DNA of 64,000 nt from Candidatus Dojkabacteria bacterium (GTDB taxonomy: Bacteria > Patescibacteriota > Dojkabacteria > B142 > OLB20): NCBI GenBank assembly GCA_046753765.1, contig JBHHUN010000003.1, positions 21,001-85,000 on the forward strand, written 5' to 3'. A program made the position numbers and the translations under genes. Shown here in pieces: positions 19,345-28,564 of this stretch. Positions within the stretch are counted from its first letter, which is position 1. The number at the start of each line of letters is the position of its first letter. The notes beneath the pieces were generated by a model. That model was not told where the DNA came from. It ran no database searches and saw only the letters and a list, made by a program, of their open reading frames with translations.

Positions 19345-22300
19345 CTAAGGCAGAGCAATAAACTGTTTCCCAAGCTCCCAGAAGTCTTTAGAGGTTCTCT
19401 GAGTGAGATTTTCGCTGTATTTAACGACATCGTTGTATGCTGGCATAGTTCCCTCCCACTGGGCATCAATTGCCCCCATATGGGTGAACAACATAGCTAT
19501 ATTGTCGCTTGATAGAGCCTGTCCGGCCCTTGCCTGCTCAAACACACTTCGCATGCCCTGTAGTTTACCAAGTGTCTCGTCGGCAATCTTGGACCTTGCC
19601 CCCCAGCCATCTCTGGATCGGTCAAGAAAGCGGGAAAACATCCAATCCCAGGCAAAGATTCCGACAAGCGGTCCACCGAGACTTGGAAGCATGCTTGCAA
19701 ACTGTAAACCCAGAAATGGCACGCTAACGTGAGCGAACCCAAGAATCACGGAGGTGTAGATCGTCCACCTCAGGATCTTATTCACTTTTGCAAGCCAACC
19801 CCAAAGCTTCTTTTTGTACTTGGCAACATTTGCAAATTCGTCCATCTGCTGCAACCGCTCCTGATACCTAAAAAATAGATCAAGGGCAAGCTTTTTATTT
19901 GCTATCTCGCCATCTATATTGCCGTCTATTGTGCCCTTCTCCTTAGTTTTTATCAGGTTGCCGTCATCATCTCTTGCGAGTTGTCCAGTATCCGTTAACT
20001 CAAATCCAAATAGATGTGCAAGTTCTGCGGCCGAGACTCCAGGTACTGGAGGGTAGTCTATGAAGAATCCTTGAGGTGTTTTCTTTTTGATTGATGCGGT
20101 TTTTGAGTATTCACCCTGAAAGTACCTTATCATTCTGCCACGGGGGCCGAACGTTTCGCGTCTAATGACTACAACTGACTTACCTTTGTCGTCTGTTACA
20201 GTCGTGTAACCGTCTCGCTCAAGAGATGCCAGAGCTGCTCTATCGAGTCGTGGCAGCTTTATGTCTTGATTTTTACTGTCTTTTGGGTACGGTGAGAGAT
20301 TATCTAACCACTCCTGTGCGGGGACCGGGCTTCCTTGATCGTCTCGAAAAGGTTTTCCCTCATCATCCCTCCGGTAGGCTATATCGAATCCGTAAACACC
20401 GACCTCCATAATCCTCTTTGCTTTAGCTTTGAACATATGTCGTATGAAGTCTTTGACAATCTCGGTGTCCACGTACAATGCTTCATTCCCATGCCCAATT
20501 CGTACATCAATATTGGGCCAGGTCCCCTTCCCGTCTGGGCTTCCCTCCGGGACTGTTGATTCTGGCCCATGGCCATATTCCAGTCTTTTCATCCTGTCGA
20601 GTAGTTCGTAAAGCGTGAAGTGGTCTCCAGGAATGTTGTTATCAGAAAACGTTGACTTGTCTTCACGCATCATTGCATCAGCTATCAGAGCGAATGCATC
20701 AGAGATGCTCTTTTTCTCATCGGCAATATCGTATTTTGTTGCGTCGCGTTCTTTTGGATCTATCATTTCGATAATATCTCCCTTCAGACTGTCAGACATC
20801 TGACCTTTCCGAAGCCTGGATTCTCCATCAAAGGCATCACTTACACCTTCTCCTAAGAGGGTGTCACCTGTCAGACTTGTTGTAATACTCGCTGGAAACC
20901 CTCCCAATTGTGCAAGTACAGGGTTTTGTCGGTGTTCATCAATCTCTTTAAACCCCTGCCAACCAGCAACAAATCTGCCCGACGTAACGTCTTGTTCAAA
21001 CCCACCGATAGCTTCGAGAATTATCAAAGTTTCACTTGAGCTTCTGCCGGACTGTTGAAGTTCGTAAGCTATTGATTGTGAGTGTTGTTCGACTGTGTCT
21101 CGTGCGTGCGGTGAGGTTAGTTTAGCTCTAACATCTTGATGCGGTGCAATAAACAGTCGTTTTCGTAGGTCTTTCAAGATTGGAAGTGTTCCCAACCCTC
21201 CGGGTAGACCTTTGCCTATTGGATCCGCTCCTAATTGCTCTGTAAAGAATATTCCTCCGACTTTGCTCCCCAGACGTTTTCCTAGTACTTTTTTAAATGC
21301 TCCCATTCCATATGCACCAAAAGCTTCATTCATTTTGTAAGGAGTTATGCCCAAAATATCCAGAGGGTTCCAAAACCCCTTAAGGAAGAACAGGGCGCCC
21401 CCCCTCGTGTCTTCGTGAGGGATAGACTTTGTTCCGATCATTGAGTGCCAAAGATTCACCTTGTTTCTCTGGAGTGTCTTTCCCGGATTGAGGTCGCTAC
21501 GCAGGTATTTCACCATGTTTGCTGAGTAGTGTCCCTGGTACCTGGTCATTATGTTGCCATTTTTATCTATTAGGATTTTCAGGTGCTGCGACTGGTCACC
21601 AATGTTGTCTTCGCCTATCATTTCGCGAATCTGCTCGTTGAAACCCTCTTCCAAAGATCGCCTTCGTGTTTCGTAATCGTTCTTTGACACATCTCCGTCT
21701 TCAAATTGGCTATCTAGGTTCTTGAGTGCTGTGTTGAAGTCTTCGCGTATGCTAAAAAGATCTTCTGCAGATCCTGAGTAGGTTGTCTCTCCGCTTTGTG
21801 GGTCAATAGAATCTACGGTGGGCATATTGATACCTTCGAACAGCTCAGGGTATCTTCTTTTTAGTCTCGTTAAGAATCCAGGCAGGTGATCGACGGTTCT
21901 GGTGCCGTTTTGTTCCAACAGAATGGCCATTGAAACTCTCGCTTTTTTGTATTTTGTAAACAACTCCAGGTATGTTTCCTCATCTTCTTCACCGAGTTCA
22001 ACGCGAGTTTTTAGTTCGAGGAGTTTGTCATGTATGCCATTTATGGCTTTGACGGTCATTCCGGCTACTATTTCATGCTCTGTAATTACACCTTCCGCGC
22101 CTAGTTTCTCGGGGTTGATTCCTATCTCCGCCATAGTAAGGCGTTCAGTAATTGGTCTCATATAAAGTGCTGAGCCAATCTCTTCAAGGTGTGGTGGTTC
22201 GGAGAGAGCCTCGTGCAGACGCTTAGCTCTTTCGGCTCGTCTGCTGCCCCCCCTATCGGTGATATGCTCTGAAAACAGCCGAACATCCTGTTCTAGCCTC

Positions 22301-24522
22301 TGTGTGTGGTCGGTGTCGGCCATATAGTCGGGTGTTACCAAATACCTCCTCGCTTCAGCAAGGAAATCCTGAAGCTGGGGGTGAGATTTCATCTGCTCAG
22401 AAGCCACCCTGTTTAGCTCGTCAAGTGCCTTCAGTTTCGCTGCCTTTTCTGCATCGGTTTTTGCAGTCTCAGGAATATTAAGTTCAGACCTGTGAATTGA
22501 TCTGAAATAGTCCAGGACCAACCTGCGACTTAAGATTTTGGCTCTTGCTTCAGCCTGAGCGGCTTCCAATGCCTGCTTCACCTGATGCCCAAGCTCGTGC
22601 ATGGTAGAGCTGTCGCTAGCTATTATCAGTCTGTCTACGTTACCAATGACTGCACCCGCGGGAACTGCTTCTCCGGGGCCAAACTCTTTGCCGTAAATCA
22701 CTGCGAACAGTTGTTGAATCTGGCTCTGTTCCATAATGAGCGCTGGTCCAGCTGCTGTGATCTCTACTCTGACACTGGGATTGTCTGCTAACTCCGAGAT
22801 AACTCCGGTAATCTGTTCTTTGTTTATTTCTACAGGGTTACCGTCTTCGTCAGTTGCTCCAGCAAGTTCACTGAACATCTGAGTCAGTGCAAATTCCTTT
22901 TGAGCCTGAAGCCCCCTCTGCTCAGCTTCGTATCTTTCGGTTGGACTTAGACTATCGAGGTGTTCGTTTCCCTCCTTCACGAGCGATGCGATTGTCTGAT
23001 CCCGATTTTCGCCAAAAACACCCAGGTAGTAGTGCCGCATGTGGTCAGCCATTTTGTTGTTCCTTTCGACAAGTGTGTCAACCAGGGTGTCTATCTCTAG
23101 ATGTGCTCTTTGCAGATACGGCAGTTTTTCTCCATCACTTCTCAACTGGGCCATCTCTTTTTCGTTGAAATATTGTCCGTATGCCTTTAGGATCCTTTCT
23201 CTGATTGCGTTTCTCGTCGAATCTCCATGACTGTACTCACCACCTTTGGTGGGACTGACACCTTCAATTATCCTTGTGCCAATCTCAACTGCGTTGACTG
23301 GGTCAAGGAACATGTCGGCAACAAACTCATTCATTACTATCTCATTTGCGGCAGCTATCTTACCTGACGCAGATACCGGTCTGCCTCCAGCCAGAGCCTC
23401 AGTGGCTGCTCCGGTTAGCTCTTCTACAGCTCTTTGTCTGACCTTTGCGAGCTCACGGATAAGACTTTTCTGGTCCATCGCCTCTATGTTACTCCCCCCC
23501 GGGCTGAGCACCTGCTCCACTTCGTCTTTGATATCTGCCTCTTTTTCCGCCAAGGTTCTAGCTTCTGCTGGTTTTTCTCTTGCTTCAGGCATTTTTGCTC
23601 GGACGGTTTCGCCTACAGTTCCCACTTCCACTTTCTCGGGTGGCCCAGGTCGCCCGGTGGTATCGAGCAGATCTTCAGGTTGCGCTTCTGAAACTATTTC
23701 CAGCTCTTCGGTGGCTACCTCTGTTTCTGTTGCTTCTACGGCGGTTGCCTTAGCCGGCGGGTCACCAATAAGTTCATGTATCTCTGCTTCAGTGAACCCC
23801 TTGCTAAGTAAGTACTGCTTTCTTTTCGAATGCTCGGCTCTAGTCATGAAAACCAGTCTGAGCCTGGCCCAACGCTTAACTAAGGCACTCTTTATTTGGC
23901 TGAAAAAATTGATCTTCTTCTTTTTGCGAACCTCGTTTTCATCCTGCTCCAACCTGTCTCTTACTTTGTCAGCCTCTGCAAGTGCATATTTTGCCTGTTC
24001 GTCTACTTCGGGATCACTAATCTCTGATTGGACTTCCGCAAGTTCCTTTGGATCAGGCTCTTCTTTTGCTTCGGGTAGCGGAGTTTGCTCTGTTTCAACT
24101 GTGATATTCGCGAGCTCGTGTCTTGCTACTTCACGCAGCACTTCCTCTTCATGTGCCTGAAGCTCACCGCTTTCTCTTAATTGCCTGAGGATTAATTCGA
24201 CCTCAAGTGGCGACTTTGCACTTCTGATCTTTGTTTTTATTTCGGCTGAGATTTTTGGAAGAACAAATGCGGCTGCACTAAGTAGTCTTTTATCGACCTG
24301 CGCTGGGTTTATCCACCTAAGCTGAGGTGATTCATGAACGCTGCTACTTGCAGCAGGAGTTAGTGGTTCATGTCCATTCCCTGAGATATCCGGAGCCTCT
24401 GCAGCCGCCTCGACTGTTGCCGCATCAGCATCTTTTTGAGCTTTTGGCAAGCGAGGTTCCTCCCCGGTTCCAGAAGGATGGGTTCTTTCTTTTGGTGGTG
24501 TTGGTGCAAGTCCTATTGCCAT
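19345..24522 (-). CDS. Giant (1725 aa) hypothetical protein with acidic/coiled-coil N-terminal region, an HELGH motif and a C-terminal TM hairpin. First gene of the six-gene operon
   Basis: Uninterrupted 5.2-kb ORF with no signal peptide. Charged coiled-coil-like N-terminal 300 aa. HExxH motif 'MHELGHQ' at nt 22585-22599 (aa 642-646). Two hydrophobic helices near the C-terminus (WTIYTSVILGFAHVSVPFLGLQFASML...PLVGIFAWDWMF). No recognisable family. Confidence 0.6.
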   Translation of the reverse strand: MAIGLAPTPPKERTHPSGTGEEPRLPKAQKDADAATVEAAAEAPDISGNGHEPLTPAASSSVHESPQLRWINPAQVDKRLLSAAAFVLPKISAEIKTKIRSAKSPLEVELILRQLRESGELQAHEEEVLREVARHELANITVETEQTPLPEAKEEPDPKELAEVQSEISDPEVDEQAKYALAEADKVRDRLEQDENEVRKKKKINFFSQIKSALVKRWARLRLVFMTRAEHSKRKQYLLSKGFTEAEIHELIGDPPAKATAVEATETEVATEELEIVSEAQPEDLLDTTGRPGPPEKVEVGTVGETVRAKMPEAREKPAEARTLAEKEADIKDEVEQVLSPGGSNIEAMDQKSLIRELAKVRQRAVEELTGAATEALAGGRPVSASGKIAAANEIVMNEFVADMFLDPVNAVEIGTRIIEGVSPTKGGEYSHGDSTRNAIRERILKAYGQYFNEKEMAQLRSDGEKLPYLQRAHLEIDTLVDTLVERNNKMADHMRHYYLGVFGENRDQTIASLVKEGNEHLDSLSPTERYEAEQRGLQAQKEFALTQMFSELAGATDEDGNPVEINKEQITGVISELADNPSVRVEITAAGPALIMEQSQIQQLFAVIYGKEFGPGEAVPAGAVIGNVDRLIIASDSSTMHELGHQVKQALEAAQAEARAKILSRRLVLDYFRSIHRSELNIPETAKTDAEKAAKLKALDELNRVASEQMKSHPQLQDFLAEARRYLVTPDYMADTDHTQRLEQDVRLFSEHITDRGGSRRAERAKRLHEALSEPPHLEEIGSALYMRPITERLTMAEIGINPEKLGAEGVITEHEIVAGMTVKAINGIHDKLLELKTRVELGEEDEETYLELFTKYKKARVSMAILLEQNGTRTVDHLPGFLTRLKRRYPELFEGINMPTVDSIDPQSGETTYSGSAEDLFSIREDFNTALKNLDSQFEDGDVSKNDYETRRRSLEEGFNEQIREMIGEDNIGDQSQHLKILIDKNGNIMTRYQGHYSANMVKYLRSDLNPGKTLQRNKVNLWHSMIGTKSIPHEDTRGGALFFLKGFWNPLDILGITPYKMNEAFGAYGMGAFKKVLGKRLGSKVGGIFFTEQLGADPIGKGLPGGLGTLPILKDLRKRLFIAPHQDVRAKLTSPHARDTVEQHSQSIAYELQQSGRSSSETLIILEAIGGFEQDVTSGRFVAGWQGFKEIDEHRQNPVLAQLGGFPASITTSLTGDTLLGEGVSDAFDGESRLRKGQMSDSLKGDIIEMIDPKERDATKYDIADEKKSISDAFALIADAMMREDKSTFSDNNIPGDHFTLYELLDRMKRLEYGHGPESTVPEGSPDGKGTWPNIDVRIGHGNEALYVDTEIVKDFIRHMFKAKAKRIMEVGVYGFDIAYRRDDEGKPFRDDQGSPVPAQEWLDNLSPYPKDSKNQDIKLPRLDRAALASLERDGYTTVTDDKGKSVVVIRRETFGPRGRMIRYFQGEYSKTASIKKKTPQGFFIDYPPVPGVSAAELAHLFGFELTDTGQLARDDDGNLIKTKEKGTIDGNIDGEIANKKLALDLFFRYQERLQQMDEFANVAKYKKKLWGWLAKVNKILRWTIYTSVILGFAHVSVPFLGLQFASMLPSLGGPLVGIFAWDWMFSRFLDRSRDGWGARSKIADETLGKLQGMRSVFEQARAGQALSSDNIAMLFTHMGAIDAQWEGTMPAYNDVVKYSENLTQRTSKDFWELGKQFIALP

Positions 24523-24668
24523 ATCAAGACTAATTATATCATCCGAACTCTCCTATCAGCATATAATCTTTACTGCTGTTTTACAATCGATTCGGTACAT
24601 GTCCGTCTTGTTTTTTGTTTCCATTCGTGTAAACTATTACTAATAATACTTGTTTAGTTCAAGAAAAT
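24523..24668. promoter_or_regulatory. Divergent promoter region between the giant-protein operon (−) and the P/A/T-rich tail-anchored protein gene (+)
   Basis: 146-bp AT-rich intergenic region. On the minus-strand sense a TATAAT hexamer sits 13-18 nt upstream of the operon's ATG (…GATGATATAATTAGTCTTGATATATG), suggesting a short or leaderless 5' UTR. Confidence 0.35.
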
Positions 24669-25622
24669 ATGGCAATACCGAATGTATCACCTAATCCACA
24701 GAATCCCGACCCTGCAGCGGGCGGAGCGTCACCAGCTCCAGGGGGGACACCTGCACCATCAGGTCCGGTTACACCTGTAACACCATTGAATAACGCTCCG
24801 CAGATTAGTGATCCGTCTGCAGTTCCCGGGGCAACACCAGTTTCAGCAGACCCTGGGTCGGTCGACCCAGTAGATCCAGCTGCAACACCGGTGATGCCGC
24901 CAACCGATATGTCTGCGCCGTCTGTAGATCCGGCAACTCCAGTGGATACTTCAGTTTCAGGGTTACCGCCCGTAACAGAAGGAACAACACCAGCAACACT
25001 TGAACCCACGGCAACACCTACTGCAGCTGACAAATCCACGGCAACACCTGCAGCTGACACTGCAGTGTCTGACGTAACCGCAGGGATTGATGCAGCACAA
25101 AGTGCAGCAACCGGCACAGCCTCACCAGATAGTACTCTAGCGGGAATAGTTGAAACACCTGGCCCAGCAATAGGCGGAGAACCAAGGGCTACTGGTGACA
25201 CCCCGCCACCCCCAAGCCAGGGACAGATGCAGAGTGATCCTGACCCAGTAGCAGGTAGTAGCTCGCCCGCACAGCCTTCAACAGCAGAGTTGCAGCCGAT
25301 AGCTCCTTCACCTACGACTGAGGCGCCACCCGTTCAAGCAGCGGATACTTCATCCGCATTGCCACCGACTCCTATGGCCGTACCGCCAGCAGCACCCACG
25401 ACGGCTAACGCAATGGCAACCCCGGGACTCGCTCCTGATGCAGGTGCTGGCACCCTTCCCGGTGCACTTCCACCACTCGGAGAAGAGGCTCCAGGAGCTG
25501 AAAAAAAAAGTAAGGGTGGCAGAAGAGGGTTGATTTTAATCATTGCTCTGGTCATCATTATTGGTATTATCCTCTTTCTGGTAGGTGTGATGTTGGCATC
25601 TGGCTTACAACTTCCGTTTTAA
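24669..25622 (+). CDS. Pro/Ala/Thr-rich low-complexity protein with a single C-terminal TM anchor (tail-anchored topology)
   Basis: 317 aa. Almost entirely P/A/T/G/S/D low complexity. Ends with 'KKSKGGRRGLILIIALVIIIGIILFLVGVMLASGLQLPF' (basic patch, hydrophobic helix, short tail). No N-terminal signal peptide. The antisense ORF 24659-25201 is judged a low-complexity artefact. Confidence 0.45.
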   Translation: MAIPNVSPNPQNPDPAAGGASPAPGGTPAPSGPVTPVTPLNNAPQISDPSAVPGATPVSADPGSVDPVDPAATPVMPPTDMSAPSVDPATPVDTSVSGLPPVTEGTTPATLEPTATPTAADKSTATPAADTAVSDVTAGIDAAQSAATGTASPDSTLAGIVETPGPAIGGEPRATGDTPPPPSQGQMQSDPDPVAGSSSPAQPSTAELQPIAPSPTTEAPPVQAADTSSALPPTPMAVPPAAPTTANAMATPGLAPDAGAGTLPGALPPLGEEAPGAEKKSKGGRRGLILIIALVIIIGIILFLVGVMLASGLQLPF

Positions 25623-25701
25623 ACACCATATCGTTGGTTGAAACTAATACTTGTCATCATATCGGCAATTATGCTATTAGTTCTATATATCAGGACTACA
25701 G

Positions 25702-26649
25702 ATGTTTATTGATAAGGTGAAAGTAAACGTTATCGCAGGTGCAGGAGGCGCGGGTGCAGTTTATTTTGCATCAAATGGTAAACCCAACGGCGGTGACGGC
25801 GGCAAAGGTGGTGATGTGATTCTTGAAGGATCCAGCAATATAAAGGATCTCTCGGGATACAACAAACGCGACCTATTCAAGGCAGAAGATGGTATTCCTG
25901 GAGGAAGGGAAAGAAAACGTGGCAGTTCTGGCAAAGACCTTGTTCTCAAGGTACCCATTGAGACAGCCGTCATAGATGAAGATGGTGAGATTGCCACCAC
26001 AATTACCAAATCGGGTCAAAGATATACTTTTCTCGAGGGTGGTCGAGGGGGGCTTGGCAACTATAACTTCCGTGCCGGACAAAAAAACACACTTACAAAA
26101 CACACCCCCGGAAGTCCCGGTGAGGAATTTAAAGGTTTTCTCGAACTTAGAATAGTTGCTGACGTTGTCTTTATTGGTTTCCCCAATGCAGGGAAATCAA
26201 GCATGTTGAATGCGCTCACAAATGCAAGCGTTAAGGTTGCAGCCTACCCCTTCACAACCCTCAACCCAAATATTGCAATCGCAGACGATCTCACCCTGCT
26301 TGACCTGCCAGGATTAATTAGAGGAACTGCAAAGGGGAAAGGTCTCGGCACCAGGTTTACAAAACACATCAGCAGGGCTGGAATGATAGCTCATTTCATA
26401 AGTCTTGAGTCTGAAGATATTCTGGAGAGGTACGAATCGATGCGTGAAGAGCTTTCGGAGATAGATGAAACGCTTATAAATATCCCTGAACTAATAGTAC
26501 TCACTAAATCCGATCTCATCCCTCCAGAGCAAAGAAGTGCCACGGCAGACAAACTGAAGAAAATGGGGAAACATGCTATTATTACATCTATATACGATAT
26601 AGATTCGCTTCAGTCACTGCTCAATTTATTTAAGAAGATAATTTCATGA
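25702..26649 (+). CDS. obg: GTPase Obg/CgtA
   Basis: N-terminal Gly-rich Obg fold (MFIDKVKVNVIAGAGGAGAVYFASNGKPNGGDGGKGGDV), then a G domain (G1 box GFPNAGKSSMLNAL, plus DLPGLI). Confidence 0.9.
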   Translation: MFIDKVKVNVIAGAGGAGAVYFASNGKPNGGDGGKGGDVILEGSSNIKDLSGYNKRDLFKAEDGIPGGRERKRGSSGKDLVLKVPIETAVIDEDGEIATTITKSGQRYTFLEGGRGGLGNYNFRAGQKNTLTKHTPGSPGEEFKGFLELRIVADVVFIGFPNAGKSSMLNALTNASVKVAAYPFTTLNPNIAIADDLTLLDLPGLIRGTAKGKGLGTRFTKHISRAGMIAHFISLESEDILERYESMREELSEIDETLINIPELIVLTKSDLIPPEQRSATADKLKKMGKHAIITSIYDIDSLQSLLNLFKKIIS

Positions 26650-27974
26650 TGAAGTTTCTGTTTGCCCTTGCTCTTATTGCCCTGGTATTCGTTGGAGGAC
26701 TGATAATTCTTCCACGATCAAACCTGTCTGGTGCAGATTCGTTTATCCTTGTCCTCGAAGAAGGAGAAGTATTTTACAAGACATCCGGTGAGTACATCCA
26801 GCTCGACAGTGATGAGATAAAGCTTGAATCAGGCACTTTTGTTAAGACAGGTGACGGGCTGGCACATGTAATCCTTGCGGATAATTCACTGATCTCTATG
26901 GACAAAGATACAGAGATGCAGGTTAGTTTCGATGATGAGGGAACAGATATCCAGCAACTGATTGGCAACACGTGGCACAGAGTCCAGAAACTATCATCTG
27001 ACCAGGAGTACGAGGTCGAGACACCAAATCTTCTGGCGGCTGTCCGGGGAACAAAGTTTGGCGTAAATGTGGCAGGGAGTGATGACTCTGAGGTGTTTGT
27101 TGTTGAAGACACTGTCAAGGTTGGTGAGTTTGAAAAAAAAGATGGGAAGAGGGTGTTCAAAGACAGTTATGATCTTGTAAAAGATAAGCACTTTGCCCTC
27201 AGAGAGGGCAAAACCGAGATGGGCGAGATACAGGAGACGCTCAGAAAGATGTCCTGGTTTATTAACAACACTAAGCTCGATACGGAGTTTGATAAAGCTG
27301 ATTTCAGTGAGTTTAAGAGCAATTTTAGAGAGAGGATCATCCTGAAACTCCGTCCGGAGCTGATAGACAAAATCCAAGACAACAGAGACGGTATACTCAA
27401 TAGAGTTGAGATCATCGAAGAGAGAATAACGCTTGGCGAGATTCTAAACAGATACCGCCTCGAAACATCTGGAAGTGACCTTTGCAGCAATGTGAACAAC
27501 ACCACTCAATTTGATGAGGACGTTGATCTACTGGCTGGTGCAATGGATCAATCTACAGATCATGCTGATCAGCTTGGCTCAGTGCTCGACTACATGGGCA
27601 CAGTTGAGGCAGCATGTGAAGATGGAAAGATCGATGAAGGCGAGAAAGCTGATATGAAGCAGATACTGGGACCAGTTGATTTTGACAGTCAAGTCGATAC
27701 AATTGGTTTTAGCGAGTTTGAGTCTGCAATAGCAAGCAGGCTTGACTTGTATCTGAATATTGTTGACGATGGTCGAGATATATGCGAGAACTATAAAAAC
27801 AGATCAGCCGATGACATCCTTTCTGAGTTGACTGCACTTGAGATTCAGTATGATATTGAGCCTCGGGTTGCTGAGGACCTTGGAGAACAGGTGCGAACAA
27901 TAAGTAACGCATGTGAGGACGGATGGATTAACCAGTCAGAGCATAATATTCTATTCCAGTTATCGGACACTTGA
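26646..27974 (+). CDS. FecR-domain membrane-anchored protein
   Basis: N-terminal TM helix, then a FecR-like beta region (…TPNLLAAVRGTKFGVNV…), then a long acidic C-terminal region. Confidence 0.4.
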   Translation: MMKFLFALALIALVFVGGLIILPRSNLSGADSFILVLEEGEVFYKTSGEYIQLDSDEIKLESGTFVKTGDGLAHVILADNSLISMDKDTEMQVSFDDEGTDIQQLIGNTWHRVQKLSSDQEYEVETPNLLAAVRGTKFGVNVAGSDDSEVFVVEDTVKVGEFEKKDGKRVFKDSYDLVKDKHFALREGKTEMGEIQETLRKMSWFINNTKLDTEFDKADFSEFKSNFRERIILKLRPELIDKIQDNRDGILNRVEIIEERITLGEILNRYRLETSGSDLCSNVNNTTQFDEDVDLLAGAMDQSTDHADQLGSVLDYMGTVEAACEDGKIDEGEKADMKQILGPVDFDSQVDTIGFSEFESAIASRLDLYLNIVDDGRDICENYKNRSADDILSELTALEIQYDIEPRVAEDLGEQVRTISNACEDGWINQSEHNILFQLSDT

Positions 27975-28537
27975 AGATCTATACCAAAAAAGGTGACAAG
28001 GGAAAAACATCACTTTTGGATGGTATCAGAGTGAATAAGGCAGATCCAATTATTGAAGCAATAGGTATTGTTGACGAGCTCAATGCTATTATAGGTGTGA
28101 TTACGGCCAGCAATCTAAAACAAAGTTCAGATTACAATCTAAATCGAATACAGGGGGATTTGTTTAGCGTAGGGGCGGACCTTGCCACACCATTGGACAA
28201 CTCTGAACAACGTGATATTGGGCACAAAGCGCTACGCATAAAAAGTGAACATATTAAAAGACTTGAAGGTGAGATAGACGAATGGGATCAACGGCTCGAC
28301 TCTCTGAATAACTTCATACTTCCCGGTGGCAGTGAAGCTGGCGCACTATTGCATCTTGCTCGTACTGTTTGCAGAAGAGCTGAGTGCGCGGTTGCAAAAG
28401 CCCAAAGACAAGTTGAAATCAATCCCAGGATTATAACGTACTTAAACAGACTGTCTGACTGGTTATTCGTGCTTGCAAGAACTGTCAATAAGCAAGAGGG
28501 AATTGCTGAGGTTGTCTGGTCATCTCAAAAAGAATAG
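27971..28537 (+). CDS. PduO-type ATP:cob(I)alamin adenosyltransferase family protein (MMAB/PduO fold)
   Basis: 188 aa. N-terminal 'MKIYTKKGDKGKTSLLDGIRVNKADPIIEAIGIVDELNAIIG' matches the PduO/Cob_adeno_trans family signature (TKxGDxGxT). Confidence 0.7.
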   Translation: MKIYTKKGDKGKTSLLDGIRVNKADPIIEAIGIVDELNAIIGVITASNLKQSSDYNLNRIQGDLFSVGADLATPLDNSEQRDIGHKALRIKSEHIKRLEGEIDEWDQRLDSLNNFILPGGSEAGALLHLARTVCRRAECAVAKAQRQVEINPRIITYLNRLSDWLFVLARTVNKQEGIAEVVWSSQKE

Positions 28538-28564
28538 TGTAATCTTGTTGTAGAGGTTAACGAG

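Noticed and set aside
22585-22599. HELGH as evidence that the 1725-aa protein is a zinc metalloprotease
   Set aside because: The pentapeptide alone occurs by chance in a 1725-aa protein. No clear downstream third zinc ligand or Met-turn was seen. I keep it as a note, not a functional call.
23246-24160. 304-aa plus-strand ORF (Ser/Ala/Thr-rich), plus many other 60-130-aa ORFs on the opposite strand or in other frames within 11764-24522
   Set aside because: They lie antisense or out of frame inside long uninterrupted minus-strand genes. They have low-complexity composition and no start context. They are artefacts of the biased codon composition of the giant genes.
11764-24522. Interpretation of the six-gene island as a prophage, integrative conjugative element or Type IV / Type VII secretion locus
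   Set aside because: There is no integrase, recombinase, tRNA target, terminase, capsid, VirB4/VirD4/FtsK-type ATPase or relaxase anywhere in or next to the island. Only the topology of the 509-aa protein is VirB6/TrbL-like. It is therefore reported as an uncharacterised system, not assigned to a known class.
24659-25201. 180-aa minus-strand ORF overlapping the P/A/T-rich gene
   Set aside because: It is an antisense frame of a GC-rich low-complexity region. The plus-strand frame is longer (317 aa), has an ATG directly after the divergent promoter, and ends in a TM anchor. I cannot formally exclude the minus frame.
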